Shown piece by piece: positions 14,201 to 39,320 of a DNA stretch of 64,000 bases. The DNA is from Tubulanus polymorphus. Taxonomy: Eukaryota; Animalia; Nemertea. The notes under the pieces were generated by a model. That model was not told the origin of the DNA. It searched no databases and saw only the letters and a program-made list of their open reading frames with translations. The stretch covers positions 11,354,655 to 11,418,654 of the forward strand of contig NC_134033.1 of NCBI RefSeq assembly GCF_964204645.1, in the 5' to 3' direction. Both the position numbers and the translations under genes were made by a program. Position 1 is the first letter of the stretch. Each line of letters begins with the position of its first letter.

Positions 14201-17039
14201 GAGAGAATCCCACACAAAGTTTCAACTATATTCAATCGTCATCTTCAGGAATACCGAATAGTACTACTGATGACTGATTTACACTAAGAGATATAGGCTA
14301 GGACCGGTTATAATTCCAATGTTCCTCTTCAGGGGCAGATTACTGTTACACATTGAAATATACAGGATGTGGACAGGGATTACGACATACTAAACCAACT
14401 CGGATTAAATATGGACACAATGATTATAATCAGTCTATATATAATCGCTAATTACTATGAACTTACACTAGTGTCTGAATGATGAATTAATCGCTTCAAC
14501 GCGGGAAGAATTTCGCTGATAGTTTGCATCGGCGGCGGCGGATCTTTGTTACGACACAAGTTAACGATCACCCACGTGACGTTGCGCAGGAACGATATCG
14601 GTATGTCAGCGTCGATGAAGCGCAACAACGGATCGACCGCGTTGTGTTGTATGACGTAGTCACGTAAACACGGCCCGTCGCCGATGATGTTACCGAGTGC
14701 CCATACGGCCTGTTCGCACACGTTCTGATGCGGCGACGTCAGTAGATGCAAGAACAGCGGCACCGCGTTCGCCGATACGACCGCGTTCGTCTGCTCCGAT
14801 GTTCCCGACGCGATGTTCGTCAACGCCCACGCCGCCTCAAATTGCAACGACGGTCTGAAAAATTGTACGTTATCAAAATTATTTTTCAATGAATTTTATT
14901 CGCGGGTGGACACTTTTTATTTGCGTTGCTCTTTTCCCTGACTCGATCTGCTAAGAATCCAATCCATTAACGCAGTCAACTACATAAAAATATATTTTGC
15001 TATAAGTACAGCGTAAACTTAATTCATTCCCTCAACTCACTGAGTGCCACACAGGAGGACCCAGTTTCACAAAAAGGTTTAACTCATAAATCGATTTAAT
15101 TTCTTCATTAATTCAGTTAATCTTAAGTCGATCTAGGCCTTAATCCTTTTTGTGAAACCGGGCCCAGGGGGGCATTATTAGGGGGTTCAATGTTTCTTTT
15201 TGCCAGAATGGAGAGACCAGAGAAAAACCTTCGACCAAGAAACTACGTCACCACCCGGGTTTGAACCCATTAACCCTGGATTGACGAGACCAGTGACCGG
15301 CAGCTTAAACCACTCGCCAACTACCCCATTCATTCATTGAATTCAAATCAGAGCCTTTTAAAGGCTCTGATCCTGAAATTCCATGAGTTTTCCAGGAAAA
15401 GCCCTTAAAAACCCTGAATTTCCAGGCATTCAAGGTCCTGGATTAGGAATTGATTTTGCTCAAATTCCAGGAATTCCAGGAGGTGTATGAAACTGCTTTA
15501 TAAAACCTAGGGCTCAATCATTCAATTCAAACGCTGGAAATCGATATAAAACGAATAAATCTCTACTTACTGGTCATCTCTTCGCAAACACTGAACTAAA
15601 ATCGGTAAAATTCCTGAACCAATTAGATTATCAATCGGTGGATTCCTTTCACTGGATAACAATTTCCTGAATGAAAGACAAAAATAAGAATTAACGTAAC
15701 AATCAATGAGGACACTTTCAATTCCATTTTCGGATTTGCTAAAGCGAAAAAACTATGATTTCCAGAGCTTTTCAAAGGCCCGGATAAAATTCCCATTTTC
15801 TGTTAGTGCCTGCTTTCATTGCGCAATGGCCACAATGAACCATCAGTACTAATCACTTCTACGGTTATAAATCTTGCACGTCGATACCTGGCAGCCTGGA
15901 CAGCGTTCAATTGTTTTTCTTTATCGGCGCTAGCGGCGTTTTCCACGATCGATTCTAATGACTGGTTGACCGGTTTCTCGTTGTCCTCGGAGTCAGTGCT
16001 GTCGATCGTCGGCACGTTACGTCGCTTCAGAAGATGTTCCTCTCTTTTACTCTAAAGGTACATAAGAAATCACAAATCGAAAATGATGGGCTAACACGTG
16101 ACACCATTTAACAAATTCCCAGACTTTCCACTGATATTTATACAATTATATAACAGGACCCAGTTCCACAGTCCTGAGTCAAATCTTAACTCACAACTGT
16201 GTAACTGGGTCCTGTGGGTTCAGTTGCTCAAAAGTTGGTTACAGATAACACGTGGATAAATGCCGTGGATAAATTCCAATTGTCACTATGTCAACTATCC
16301 GCTGGTTAACTCTAACCAACTTTTGACCAACTGGCTCCAGGTGACAGATAAATAGATGAACACTAAAACTATCTCTCACTCACCTTCCGAAGTTCCACCG
16401 ACACCTCATTTCTGCGTCTCCTCATCTCCTGAAATAAACCAGAAGAAAACAATCATATAACACGTATAGCAGGCTGGAGACTAGGGTAATGTTTTACTGT
16501 TCTTCTTACAATGTAGCAGCAATTTAAACATTGGTTATGATTGATAGACATTTTTGACAAAATTTGTTTTAAATTCCCTGATATATTCTAGATATTCCCG
16601 ATTCCTTGATTTTCCAAGGTCAGTTAAACCCCACTTCTATCTAGATTTCATCAGATTTTTAGATTGAGGAAATTTTGGAGAATTTGAATTGAATTTATTT
16701 CATCCGCATTTAATTGAATGAAAAATAGAGTTAACATCTTGGTAATTTAGGAAAAAAAACTGACCAGCCCCAGCCAACCAACAACTACATCATGCTTCAT
16801 TACATGTGAAACTGACTCATGGCTGGACGTCATTCTGAATCAGTTGGTTAGTTTAGTTAGGCCTAGACAGACAGACAGAGACAGTCGGTGTCAGTCAGTC
16901 ACAACAACACAGTGTCAGTGCGATTTCTAACTTTTTCTCCGATGTCTTTTAGACCAACCTCTAGATCTCTGCCTTGATTTTTGTAGAGTTGGGATCTACC
17001 CTTCATGATATTCTCAGCGGTTGTCGTGTCGTCCATCAT
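11292..17039 (-). CDS. KPNA3: Importin subunit alpha-3/alpha-4 type (karyopherin alpha), 10 coding exons: 17039-16959, 16428-16384, 16051-15888, 15666-15571, 14854-14467, 14019-13888, 13615-13487, 13039-12935, 12236-11996, 11482-11292. 1572 nt, 523 aa.
   Basis: IBB domain ([37 protein letters not shown]), ARM repeats ([71 protein letters not shown]) and C-terminal [17 protein letters not shown]. All introns are GT-AG and phases join to an uninterrupted frame. KPNA3 versus KPNA4 cannot be resolved in an invertebrate. Confidence 0.95.
11649..11882. repeat. Imperfect duplication (140-bp spacing) in the last importin intron
   Basis: TAGGGCAGCACCATACTA(C/T)CACAGTGGCAGTACCAAGA at 11649 and 11789, with further similarity downstream. 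Confidence 0.75.
12341..12620. repeat. 55-56-bp tandem repeat, ~5 copies, in importin intron 8
   Basis: The unit AAATTAATCAGTAATCAACAGTAAAACCCTCAGTAACATCTTTCATATTTCTGTTC recurs near 12348, 12404, 12460, 12515 and 12570. Confidence 0.9.
15057..15167. mobile_element. Short palindromic MITE (GG(A/G)CCC(A/G)GTTTCAC...GTGAAACCGGGCCC family); second copy at 40152-40287
   Basis: TIR GGACCCAGTTTCACAAAAAGG / CCTTTTTGTGAAACCGGGCCC. The CWG-type flanks resemble PIF/Harbinger MITEs. Confidence 0.65.
15180..15327 (-). mobile_element. tRNA-derived SINE fragment
   Basis: The reverse strand reads GGGGTAGTTGGCGAGTGGTTTAAG (A-box-like), then GGTTCAAACCC (B-box, 15267-15257), then a non-tRNA tail. No intact cloverleaf. 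Confidence 0.55.
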
Positions 17040-17099
17040 TGATTCAGCGCTGATCAGTTTTTCCTTTCAGTAAAATGCGTCGTATCTCGAGTATTCTAC

Positions 17100-17340
17100 G
17101 TATATTCAGCAATCAAAATGCCGGCCACCTCGCGAAAGTACCGAACACTGTTTATAACCGCATCGCCGATTGGCTGAAATATCATCAGCGCGATAAGTAG
17201 TATATGGATTAGGAATGGGAACCGGCACGATTCGGGATAAGGACCGGTTTATGTCGGGGCCGGTTAATCGCACTGTCCACCGCGGCCGGCCGGCGCCTGC
17301 GAAACGTAGTCACGCTGGTGCACTCGACTCGCCCGAGACA
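17100..17340 (-). promoter_or_regulatory. Probable importin-alpha promoter / CpG-rich 5' region
   Basis: CpG-dense segment immediately upstream of the ATG at 17039, with a CCAAT box (CCGATTGGCTG, ~17166-17176) and GC-rich CCGCGGCCGGCCGGCGCC. Confidence 0.45.
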
Positions 17341-20300
17341 CTTTGAACAATGACAAATAAACTAATACTTTTTGATATTTGTAAACGGTTGGAACTGAAG
17401 TGTTTATCCATGCGCCTTACATTCGGCCTTTTGATAAACTTACTAGAGGCCGACGCCGCAAAAAATATTTTCAGTGAAAAATTTCTAAACGGTCAGAAAA
17501 TTCTCAGCGTTTCTTCACCTTACATTCGGTTTTCCAATTATGGGCAATGATCGAGACTCTTTTCCAATGAGTGCCAGGTGCAACAAAAGTCTCCCTTTTA
17601 GTCGTGCCGATGAGTGGACGTAGTTTGATAAATATATTTGGAAAAAATCATACAAAATTTCTAAACGGCGAGCAAATCGCTGAAATTCACAGCGTTTGAA
17701 TTGCTTTCTGCGCAAAATTTCCTCCCTTGCAAATTAACCAATCTCAAACATATATATGAGGTTCCACAAACGTGTGTGAACGTCGATGCGCCGTCTTATA
17801 GAAATCTAGTTGTGGGTGTTCGGCAGCATCTCTGTGTCTCATTTATGCCGTGACTTGGTAAAGCATTTAACGCAGCCAAAAGGCAAGTAAGAAATTTTTT
17901 AAAGTACGAAGTTTGGAAATCTCGGTTCCGGGGTTCAATGGAAAAATTCTGTTCTCAACTAACAGAACCAAGATCATGTATTGCAAAATCCGGGGCCGCC
18001 TAGCGGTGTTAACAAGGAAGGTCGTGGCTTACTTCGTGAAAATCGAGCCAGTATTCCCGAAAGTGACTATTTAGGTCGAAGATTAAATAAATTGACAGGT
18101 CAAGCAAACCTTTCAGCTTCATTTCTATTAGTAGTTTATTCAAAATATGTACAAAATATGAATAATTGATTTACATATAACGCAATACTACCTTTCGTCA
18201 TAAACCATTATAATTGGATGAACTTGCGCTAATGCAAACGGCTTGGTTCGTGATAAATAAGGTGTTATTGATATGTGTATTTTTATAGAGATATCTGTTA
18301 ATTATGAAAATATGTATATATTGAAGAAAGTTACTTTTTGATAACAATGTATAGTATGTAAATAGGATTCTGTACCGTTGATTGTATATAATACTCCGAA
18401 TTTAGAAATCAAAAAAATTAGAAAAAAATAAATTAATTGATTAATTAGGAAAAATTAATTAGAAAATTTCTTTTTTGACCTGCAATTTCTCGCTAAAATC
18501 TATTCAGTCCCCCACCTGACTCGGCAGTGGGTGCGATGTAGATGTAATGGAGCTTTCCATTAGAAAATAAAGTAAGATATAAAAAAAAGGTGTTATGTTA
18601 CTGACTTAGTACGTTTAACGCCAAAGAACGTGAAATCGTAAGTCGTTGAAATTTTTTGTTTTAGACCCCAGAGTACATTTATTATTGAAATAAAGTTTCA
18701 ATGTCATTGGTCCGGTTCTTATTCCGAATGATAACGGAACACACCTCTTCACTACGAGCTCGCTGATTGGTTCATTTTAATCAATGGATGCACGGTAGTG
18801 TGATTCCTACTACGTAGCTTTCCCGACACGATTCCTAATCATCATCACCTGATTAATAACTTACACCACCGGTCAGGAATATCAGATCATCTAGCTAAAC
18901 TTACCATTTAGTCTAACTCAACACTGCGTAGTAGGTAAGACCATCAAGGCATCATTAAAACATTTCCGTTTCGACTGAGACGGCCTCATCCTATCCTCTC
19001 CTAACTCGTGTCTAGTCGTGATGATAATGATGGTCTATCATCAGTCTATATGGATTCCATGTTTCTGCTGCGGTCGCCCACGCTCGTTAGTCAGTTTATC
19101 GGGCCGCGTGCTGCTTTTGGAGATGAATATTTTGCTAATATGGCATTTATTCTTGAAGGCCTACGCAAGTTTTTTTGCCAGGCCGTCTCTACGTCGTACC
19201 ACGCTTTTAAAAATGTAATGGTAAATCTGTCAAAATTTTATAATAAGAATTTAGATAATGGAAAAATTGGGGTCTGAATAAGTTTTAAGGGTAAGGATTA
19301 GATTTAATGTGTTAGGATTAGGGTTTGTTTGGCTGATGATTTAAACAGTACAGTACAAAAATTGGAGGTGTCCCCGCATCAGCAGCTGGACTTAACGCGC
19401 GAAGAAGTAGGCGCCTTGAGGTCCTTGTTTCCAAATTTTTTATTTCAAATTAGGTATAGGCCTACATATGAATATTACATTCTTTCAATTGGAAATGATA
19501 GGTTTCAAGATGAGGAATGTTTAAAGCCTGATGGGGTTTTTACTTGAATTGAGGGAACTTTAAATCACTTGACTTTGACATTTATCTTGGGTCCTACCCT
19601 TGAAAGATACGTAATTAGCTTCTCTGTATTAAATTCTGGGCAGTCACTAGTCATCTAAATTAAGTACTGGTAAGTTCAAACTGAGACAACAAAATCTACA
19701 ATAACCAAAAATAGCCTATAATAGATTTTGTGTTGATTTCTTACACAAACACACATTTGATGAGCATTTGAAATCACATTATTTCATTTCGATTTCATTT
19801 AGGTCATTTGGCCTAATCCCATCTGGATGTATGAGAAATCTGGATTGGATCATAAATCCTGTGTAGATCTATGAGAGATCCGGATTAACAATCAGATTTT
19901 AAGTATTTATCCATAGTTGGACCTGTTTGAGCGAGTTTGACTTCAATATTTTTTTTCCTTAACATATATCCCACTCTTTCCCATTACCTTGTAGTCCTGT
20001 GAAGGCGTAGCTGCTAAATAGTTTTCCTATCGAATTTATTTTGACAAGAATTTCTTAATTTATATTTTAAGGTGTCTGACATCAAGTGCTCTGTAAACCG
20101 CCGGCCTGCTGTGAAGGTCATCGATATATTGTTTCTGAATGTAAGTACCTAAGTACCGTTTAATCGTGTCCATTTTCTCAATCTCATGTTGTGAAGGCCG
20201 GCAAAATCTACAAAATCTATTCGTTCTTGAACACCTACTGGACCCGGCATATCCACAGTTCAATTTAGATTTAGATCTGACACGTTATAGCTCATTTTAA

Positions 20301-21500
20301 CTCAGAGAGATAACTCATTGAAAATGAACTGATTTTAACTCTATCTTAGTCTAACGACTATGGAACTGGGTTCGGATCTTTGTCAAATTAATTTGTATTT
20401 TTTTAAGAGACAGTAGTTCTAGATGTTTCTGGCCTATTACGGCATTTGGCGGAAAAGTACCGAGTAGATGTAGGCCTACTACGTCTCCCCTCGAAAAAAA
20501 TCTTGAAACATTCAGATAAGTTCAGCCACGCGCATGAGTTATTTAAAGATTGTCGAATCTAGGTTATTAATAGGGCAACTGTACTTATTTTTGGAAAGCC
20601 CTACTGCAGTTGTATTGTATTTGTAAAACATTTACTATGCGGAGTTTGTTCACCGGGTAAAAAAAAAAGCTGGCGACCCAGAAAAACATGTAAACAAAAG
20701 AGTCACTATTTCCTTCATCATATGACGAACCCAAATGATTTATACAAGTAAATTGTAATTCGGCATCACGAGTGCTCCACATCCTTGTTTGTTATTTTTG
20801 TAACTTACGTAATTTGTTTCTGGTATTTTTTTGCATAGAGGAGTTTATAGAATTCCGATCTAAGGATATCTTTAAAGCCTAGTAATAATGGAAGCAAAAT
20901 CCAGCGATTGAAGACTAAAATTTCCGCAAAAAAATTAAGAAGTTTATGGAGGATGCAGTCATCATTGTTGCTGCTGATGATGGCTGAATAACCAAAATGT
21001 CTCGTAAAACTTTTTGAAATATATTGAATTCTTTTCTTCAATTGTGGGATACATCTTTTGCGGATTAGCGCGTTTCAATAATTGATCGCTATTGAACTTT
21101 ATTAGCCTCAAATTTTGCGGTAACTACAAACGTTATACAACGGTTTCGTTATGCCACGCAATAAGGCTTGTAATTAATACGTATTCTTTTCCTATACGTT
21201 TTCGTTCGTTCAGTAAATTACGCCAAAAAATATCGACAACAAACGATTAGATAGTATGTCATCGCATAACTCAATAAAGGTAAGATCGATTTCACTGAAA
21301 TATTATTATTATTATTATTGTTATTATGTCTTTGGCTGTTTTCTTCTTTAGTTATATGTATGCACGTTGTATATGGTGTATATGGCGCTCAGGCTTTGGT
21401 GCATGCACGCTGCTCACTCCTAACACCTGTTCTTACAGATTCAAACTTCGTGGCATTTCTATTGAAACCGATTTGCGAATAGAGTCTACGCAGCTCACAG

Positions 21501-21587
21501 CATCCCTCCGGCGGGGATTCGAACCTGATGGCATCGAGACTCGGCACGAAACCCTGCCGCACTAGACTGCTTGTCTGCATGGGTAGC
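21501..21587 (-). mobile_element. tRNA-derived SINE head. Related copies at ~21691-21900 (+, interrupted), ~34513-34600 (-) and 46169-46246 (two inverted halves).
   Basis: The reverse strand reads GTCTAGTGCGGCAGGGTTTCGTGCC...GATGCCATCAGGTTCGAATCCCC (B-box). The same GGCAGGG...GTGCC...ATCAGGTT(C/T)GAATC words recur in the other copies. Confidence 0.6.
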
Positions 21588-23511
21588 TTCGATAATATCA
21601 GAAATTGTGTTTTAATTAAGCCCGGGTTTTTCCATATGTAGTTATGACTGAAGTATCTGCCTCAGCGATTATACAAGCAATCTGATTGATGCCGCACCCG
21701 GTCTAGTGTGGCAGGGCCCACACTATCGTGCCCTGGCTGATCAGCGATGCCATCCAGTAAGGTTCGGATCAGCTGAAAGAGGATGAGCTTGCAGACGTGC
21801 CCTAGTCATAGTTAACCCCAATTAATCTTAAGAACTGGGTTCAAGACGGGAGGCAATCGTCTAAACTAGATACAGATGCCATCAGGTTTGAATCACTGCA
21901 AGGGTCGGTTGGCAGTTTCTTTTGTCATCTGTTCTCTTTTTCAAACCGTGAAAAAATATCTGAAATAAAATCTTTTGTACGAGTTTATGATCCTCCAGAA
22001 ATACAGAGCAAGAAATCCCAGAACCTTAGGGCTAAAAGCCATCATCAGGTGTTCTGAAAACACATGTTATGAAATCTTGGATTCATTCAACAATGAGGTA
22101 TTCACAGAATTGTTGATAGTAGAAAGATAATTGTACGTAGGTATATATTCTCAAAATTCAGATCTTATTGTTTATTTTGTAAAAAGAGATTGTATTTCGA
22201 ATTGAACTTTTTCCCACCTAGTTAAGGGGATTGATAGGTTTTCGAATGGACATTTTTCTGTAGATCAATCATATGTTTTAGACAATGTTTCCTGCATGAC
22301 GACTTAACCAACTGGAATGTGTTGACTACTCGTAATATCTGTCTCTACGCTGTCTGAGAATTTATAAATATGATATCTTGTATGTTCGTATATATGCTTT
22401 GCTTAAGACGTAATATAGCTGGCAATTTTTTGGTTGGTAAAAATGACGAATACATTTTTTGGTCGCGAGACATTTGTTAGTGTGTCGAGGTTTTATTGTA
22501 TTATACATGTAGGTTTATATCTCATTTGATGCTTCAAATTCTCTAAATAATTCAACTCATATTATAGCGGCCTAGTCGCGTTATTGTTTGCCTAAACATC
22601 TGAACTGACAGATAATTGAGTGCTAAAAAATGTAAATACAGTTGTTTAAACAGCCATCAGTTTTACGCTTGTTTGCGATGATGTCTGTCGACCCTGTACC
22701 AGTACTAAGTGATCTGTTTTGGAAGATGTGTTGGGAAAAGATCATTTATGACGAGGCTTAAAAGGGCTCGGTCTGGTCGTTACGCAATTGTAGGATGTTA
22801 ATTGCCAATACGACCAAAGTCATTTGTCTGAAATGAAATTTGCCGCTAAGAATGGTGCGTTCTCTGCGGGTCGGACAAATATCCGTCATGAACAGTCATT
22901 TTTTTTAGAAATGTTTAAGATAGGCTTCGATTAATGCTGCTAACCTTGTAAAATCCTGAAAGCTCTCAGAAGAACACAGTAAAACCCTTTCGTGAACACC
23001 TCCCAATCTTGAACACCTCTTTACAGTGAATAGTGAAAACTTTTTCTGAAGGTACAGAAGGTTCATTTTACCTCCCTATGGTGAACAGTGGTTTTGTGCC
23101 GCCCATTCAAATCGCTGATTCTGTTCAGGTATTGTTTTGATACTAATCATCGTACATTAAGGTCTAGTGTGTCTGAGTCTAGCAAGGGGCTGGAAGTGCT
23201 GTGTCATGAAGGATAGTGTTTTATCATTTTGCCAACAGATGGAGCCACGGAACAGATGGAAAACCTTTTGAATTTCCACGTTCATTTGCAAACATATATG
23301 CAAATCCTAATCTGAGATTTCTACCTTTTTCATACTTTGCATAGATTATGTTAGTGTACGTAGGTCAATATTATAGTAATAAAACGATATTTATCAAGAA
23401 AAAAGGTTGATCTGAAATTATTCCCGTGGCATGTTAAAAGCGCTGGTTTCATATTCGTTGGTATTAGAATATGGAAGTTCCAATTGGTCTATTGGTTAGA
23501 CCGTATGAGGC

Positions 23512-24093
23512 ACGGGTTCTATCCCAGTGTGTCCACTGTCCCAGGTTGATCCAAGGTTGTTCACTGTCCCAGGTTTGATCCCAGCGTGTCCACTGTCCCG
23601 GGTTTGATCCCAGTGTGTCCACTGTCCCGGGTTCGATCCCAGCGTGTCCACTGTCCCAGGTTCGATCCCAGGGTGTTCACTGTCCCAGGTTCGATCCCAG
23701 CGTGTCCACTGTCCCGGGTTCGATCCCAGGGTGTTCACTGTCCCGGGTTCGATCCCAGTGTGTTCACTGTCCCGGGTTCGATCCCAGCGTGTCCACTGTC
23801 CCGGGTTTGATCCCAGCGTGTCCACTGTCCCGGGTTCGATCCCAGCGTGTCCACTGTCCCGGGTTCGATCCCAGCGTGTCTGTCCACTGTCCCGGGTTCG
23901 ATCCCAGGGTGTTCACTGTCCCGGGTTCGATCCCAGCGTGTCCACTGTCCCGGGTTCGATCCCAGCGTGTCCACTGTCCCGGGTTCGATCCCAGCGTGTA
24001 CACTGTCCCGGGTTCGATCCCAGCGTGTCCACTGTCCCGGGTTCTATCCCAGCGTGTCCTCTGTCCCGGGTTCGATCCCAGCGTGTTCACTGT
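23512..24093 (+). repeat. 29-bp minisatellite, ~20 copies, each unit containing a Pol III B-box (GGTTCGATCCC)
   Basis: Unit CACTGTCCCGGGTTCGATCCCAGCGTGTC. It accounts for all the repetitive ORFs at 23496-24219. Confidence 0.95.
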
Positions 24094-25351
24094 CACTTCT
24101 CTTCAATCACTATATCATCATTAGCTCAGGCATTTGCTTCGATTCAGTCATGTTTTAATTCAAATCTAGAAAACACCGAAAGTCATTTTAATGTCGAACA
24201 TCGAGAAATGTTTACGTGAATTAAAACTATACTGCGGACCGCTCGGTGCTGGAGTCCGATTTTATTTTTATCTGAAGTAGAAAGATAATATAAAGCTCGA
24301 ACTATTCCGTTATCAGATAGGCATATTTACTACGTTACTATCTACATTGGCTGGATAAAGGTTATACGTGCATTTTAAAAAAGCGGTTCGAATTTGCCCT
24401 GCGCTTGTACTCGCCATAAACCGCTTAAAAAGGTTAGATGGAATCTTGTGATATGCTCGCTGATTAGACCCATAGAATGCTGGGACAACTCCCTGGTTAT
24501 AATACAATACTAGCAGAAACCCGTTATGTGATGAATCGTGGCTATATCCACGCTTGCCAGGGTTTGATTGCCGCCCGCTGAAGCTGATCCTTGCTGATTA
24601 GGCCCGTAGAGTGCTTTGGAGGTATTTGGACAACTCTAGATTAATACAATATGAATATCATAACATTCGGGAAGGACCAAGTTCCGCTGTTTTGAGCTAT
24701 ATTCCAATCTAGAGTTAAAGCATCGGAAAATTAACCCATCTTGATACAGAAATGTGTACCGGGTTGTTTTTTCGTGTATTTTACTGTGCCCGTTACAAAA
24801 ACAAAGATACAATTATAAGTACATCGACCATGTACTATTGTATACGACAATTGTATATTTTTATTTTCGAACTTCCGGGAAAAAACGTTCCTCAATGATG
24901 AGGAAATGCCCGCATTATGATTTTGCTATGAAGTTTTTCAACTCATTTTTTCTGTGGTGTGGTGTCTATTTCAAATTGTCGAATCAGCAAACAATCGACA
25001 ACCTTACTATAGAATTCCAATCTGCCTTTCTGAGTTGTGAATTAGTCAATCTTAAGTCCAACATCTGCCCCAACACCCCCTCCCCCTCCCGACTATTCAT
25101 CATGCGTTTATCTTATCAATCTCAATGTTAAACATTTTATTTACTTGCCCGATTTTTACTAGTGATATCGCATATATCCCAGTGTGATAGTCAGGTTAAC
25201 CTGGTAGAATAATAAAACAGCGTTCAACATGCTGATTAGGTTTTTTTCTCGTAACTAGGTACCTAGCTATATTACTACGTACAAGCCGCTCTCAGTGCCC
25301 CCCCCCCCCCCCCCCCCGTAACCAGCGTCCAAACCTAGCTGGCCTAAACGA

Positions 25352-25463
25352 CTGGATTCAGTACCACAGTTGTGAGTTAGAGTTAACTCTGAGTTAAAAT
25401 TAGTTTATTTTCGATGAGTTAACTCTGACTCGAATCTTAACTCATAACTGTGGAACTGGGGCC
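25352..25463. mobile_element. Short palindromic MITE family (CAGTTCCACAGTTGTGAGTTAGAGTTAACTC...). Other copies at ~16154-16214, ~20238-20373, ~41325-41435 and 43702-43815.
   Basis: TIR GG(A/G)(C/T)CCAGTTCCACAGTT / AACTGTGGAACTGGG(G/T)CC, with a shared core GAGTTAACTC...TTTTCAATGAGTTAACTC. Confidence 0.75.
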
Positions 25464-26799
25464 TGGTAGATTTGATAGCCTTCGGGTGCTGCTGTGGTTG
25501 AGGTTTCATGTTGCATGGCCCACCCAGAGGAAAACACGTGGGGTTGAATAACAGGGGCCAGCTCTGTAGTTCTTGGTGAATAATAGTTTTAAAAATAATA
25601 GTTTTAACTAAATTGAAGAAAGAATAATTCAATTATTCCTTCTTCAATTTAGTTAAAACTATTATTTTCTTTCGTAGTACAAAGGTGAATTGATTATAGT
25701 ACAATCGAACTGGGTCCAGAGTTAAAAAAACCAGCGCCGGGAATGTTGTAGGCCTATGATAAACAGTAGAATCCGCTTAATTCAGATCATTTGGCACCGA
25801 TGAAATTTATTTGGATTTAACATCATATTTTATTACTTGGATTTATCTTTGGGTTGATCATAAATGATTATCCAGATTCAGTCTTAATCAGGATTTATAT
25901 GATCTGAATTAGATGAGTTTGACTGAGTAGATACGAGCAGCTTATAAAGCCAAGTGTTCTTTATGAAACTCAGGTGCATTTTGATGTGTTATTCCTATTC
26001 GCTGAAGCAAGGACATGGTCTGATTTAGATTTCTCATTTTTAATCCCCACCACAACGCCACACTTTTGGGGCCTATAGAAAAGCATGATGTTTACAAATT
26101 TACCATTTTCTCACCATTTGGGTAAAGTTTTGCGTGTATTTAATTCCCAGAAAAATGTTGGCGTTAATAGTGAGTGTTAAATGGTAGTGGAACTGTGTGC
26201 GAACAATTTGTCCAGAAATTATACTCGGACCTGACTATTACTTCTACCAGTTGAGAGTAGTTTCTACTGTTTCTGAGAGTTTAACTTCTCCCAAATATAC
26301 TGAAAATACTCTTATAAATCTAGCGCATTTTCAACGGGGTACCGGCATTGCTACTGTGGCAAGTGAGGATTCCACCAGGATCACTAGTGGTTACTCGGTA
26401 ACCGCCTTTCAAGTCAATTTTTCTCATTAGTAAAATCTATTTTCAGTAGGCCTAAAACTATACCATACACTAATTATCAATCTTATATCTATTTAATGAC
26501 TTGATTGGCAACATTTCCATTTGGGAGCCTTAAAGTCCAGTTCAAAGTTCTGTATATAACTGAATGCATTGTTACGCCATCTGGTGTCTGCCGGTACCCT
26601 ATTAAGCTACTATTTCTTAATTAAAATTACTCTCATTTCGATGAAAACTACAAATACAGATATAATAGTCTGGTCTGAATGTACCGCTTGAAACGCTAAG
26701 CTTCACAGAATGAATGTCCTTATATATACAGAGTGCTTATCTTTGTTTCAGCAGCCACGGCCTGAAGACGGTGGTGGTATCAGTGGTGGTGGCGGCAGA

Positions 26800-39320
<12,521 letters not shown>

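Noticed and set aside
23496-24219. Seven overlapping ORFs of 74-191 aa, and a CRISPR-like periodicity
   Set aside because: All are translations of a 29-bp tandem repeat. There are no unique spacers and no cas genes, and the DNA is eukaryotic.
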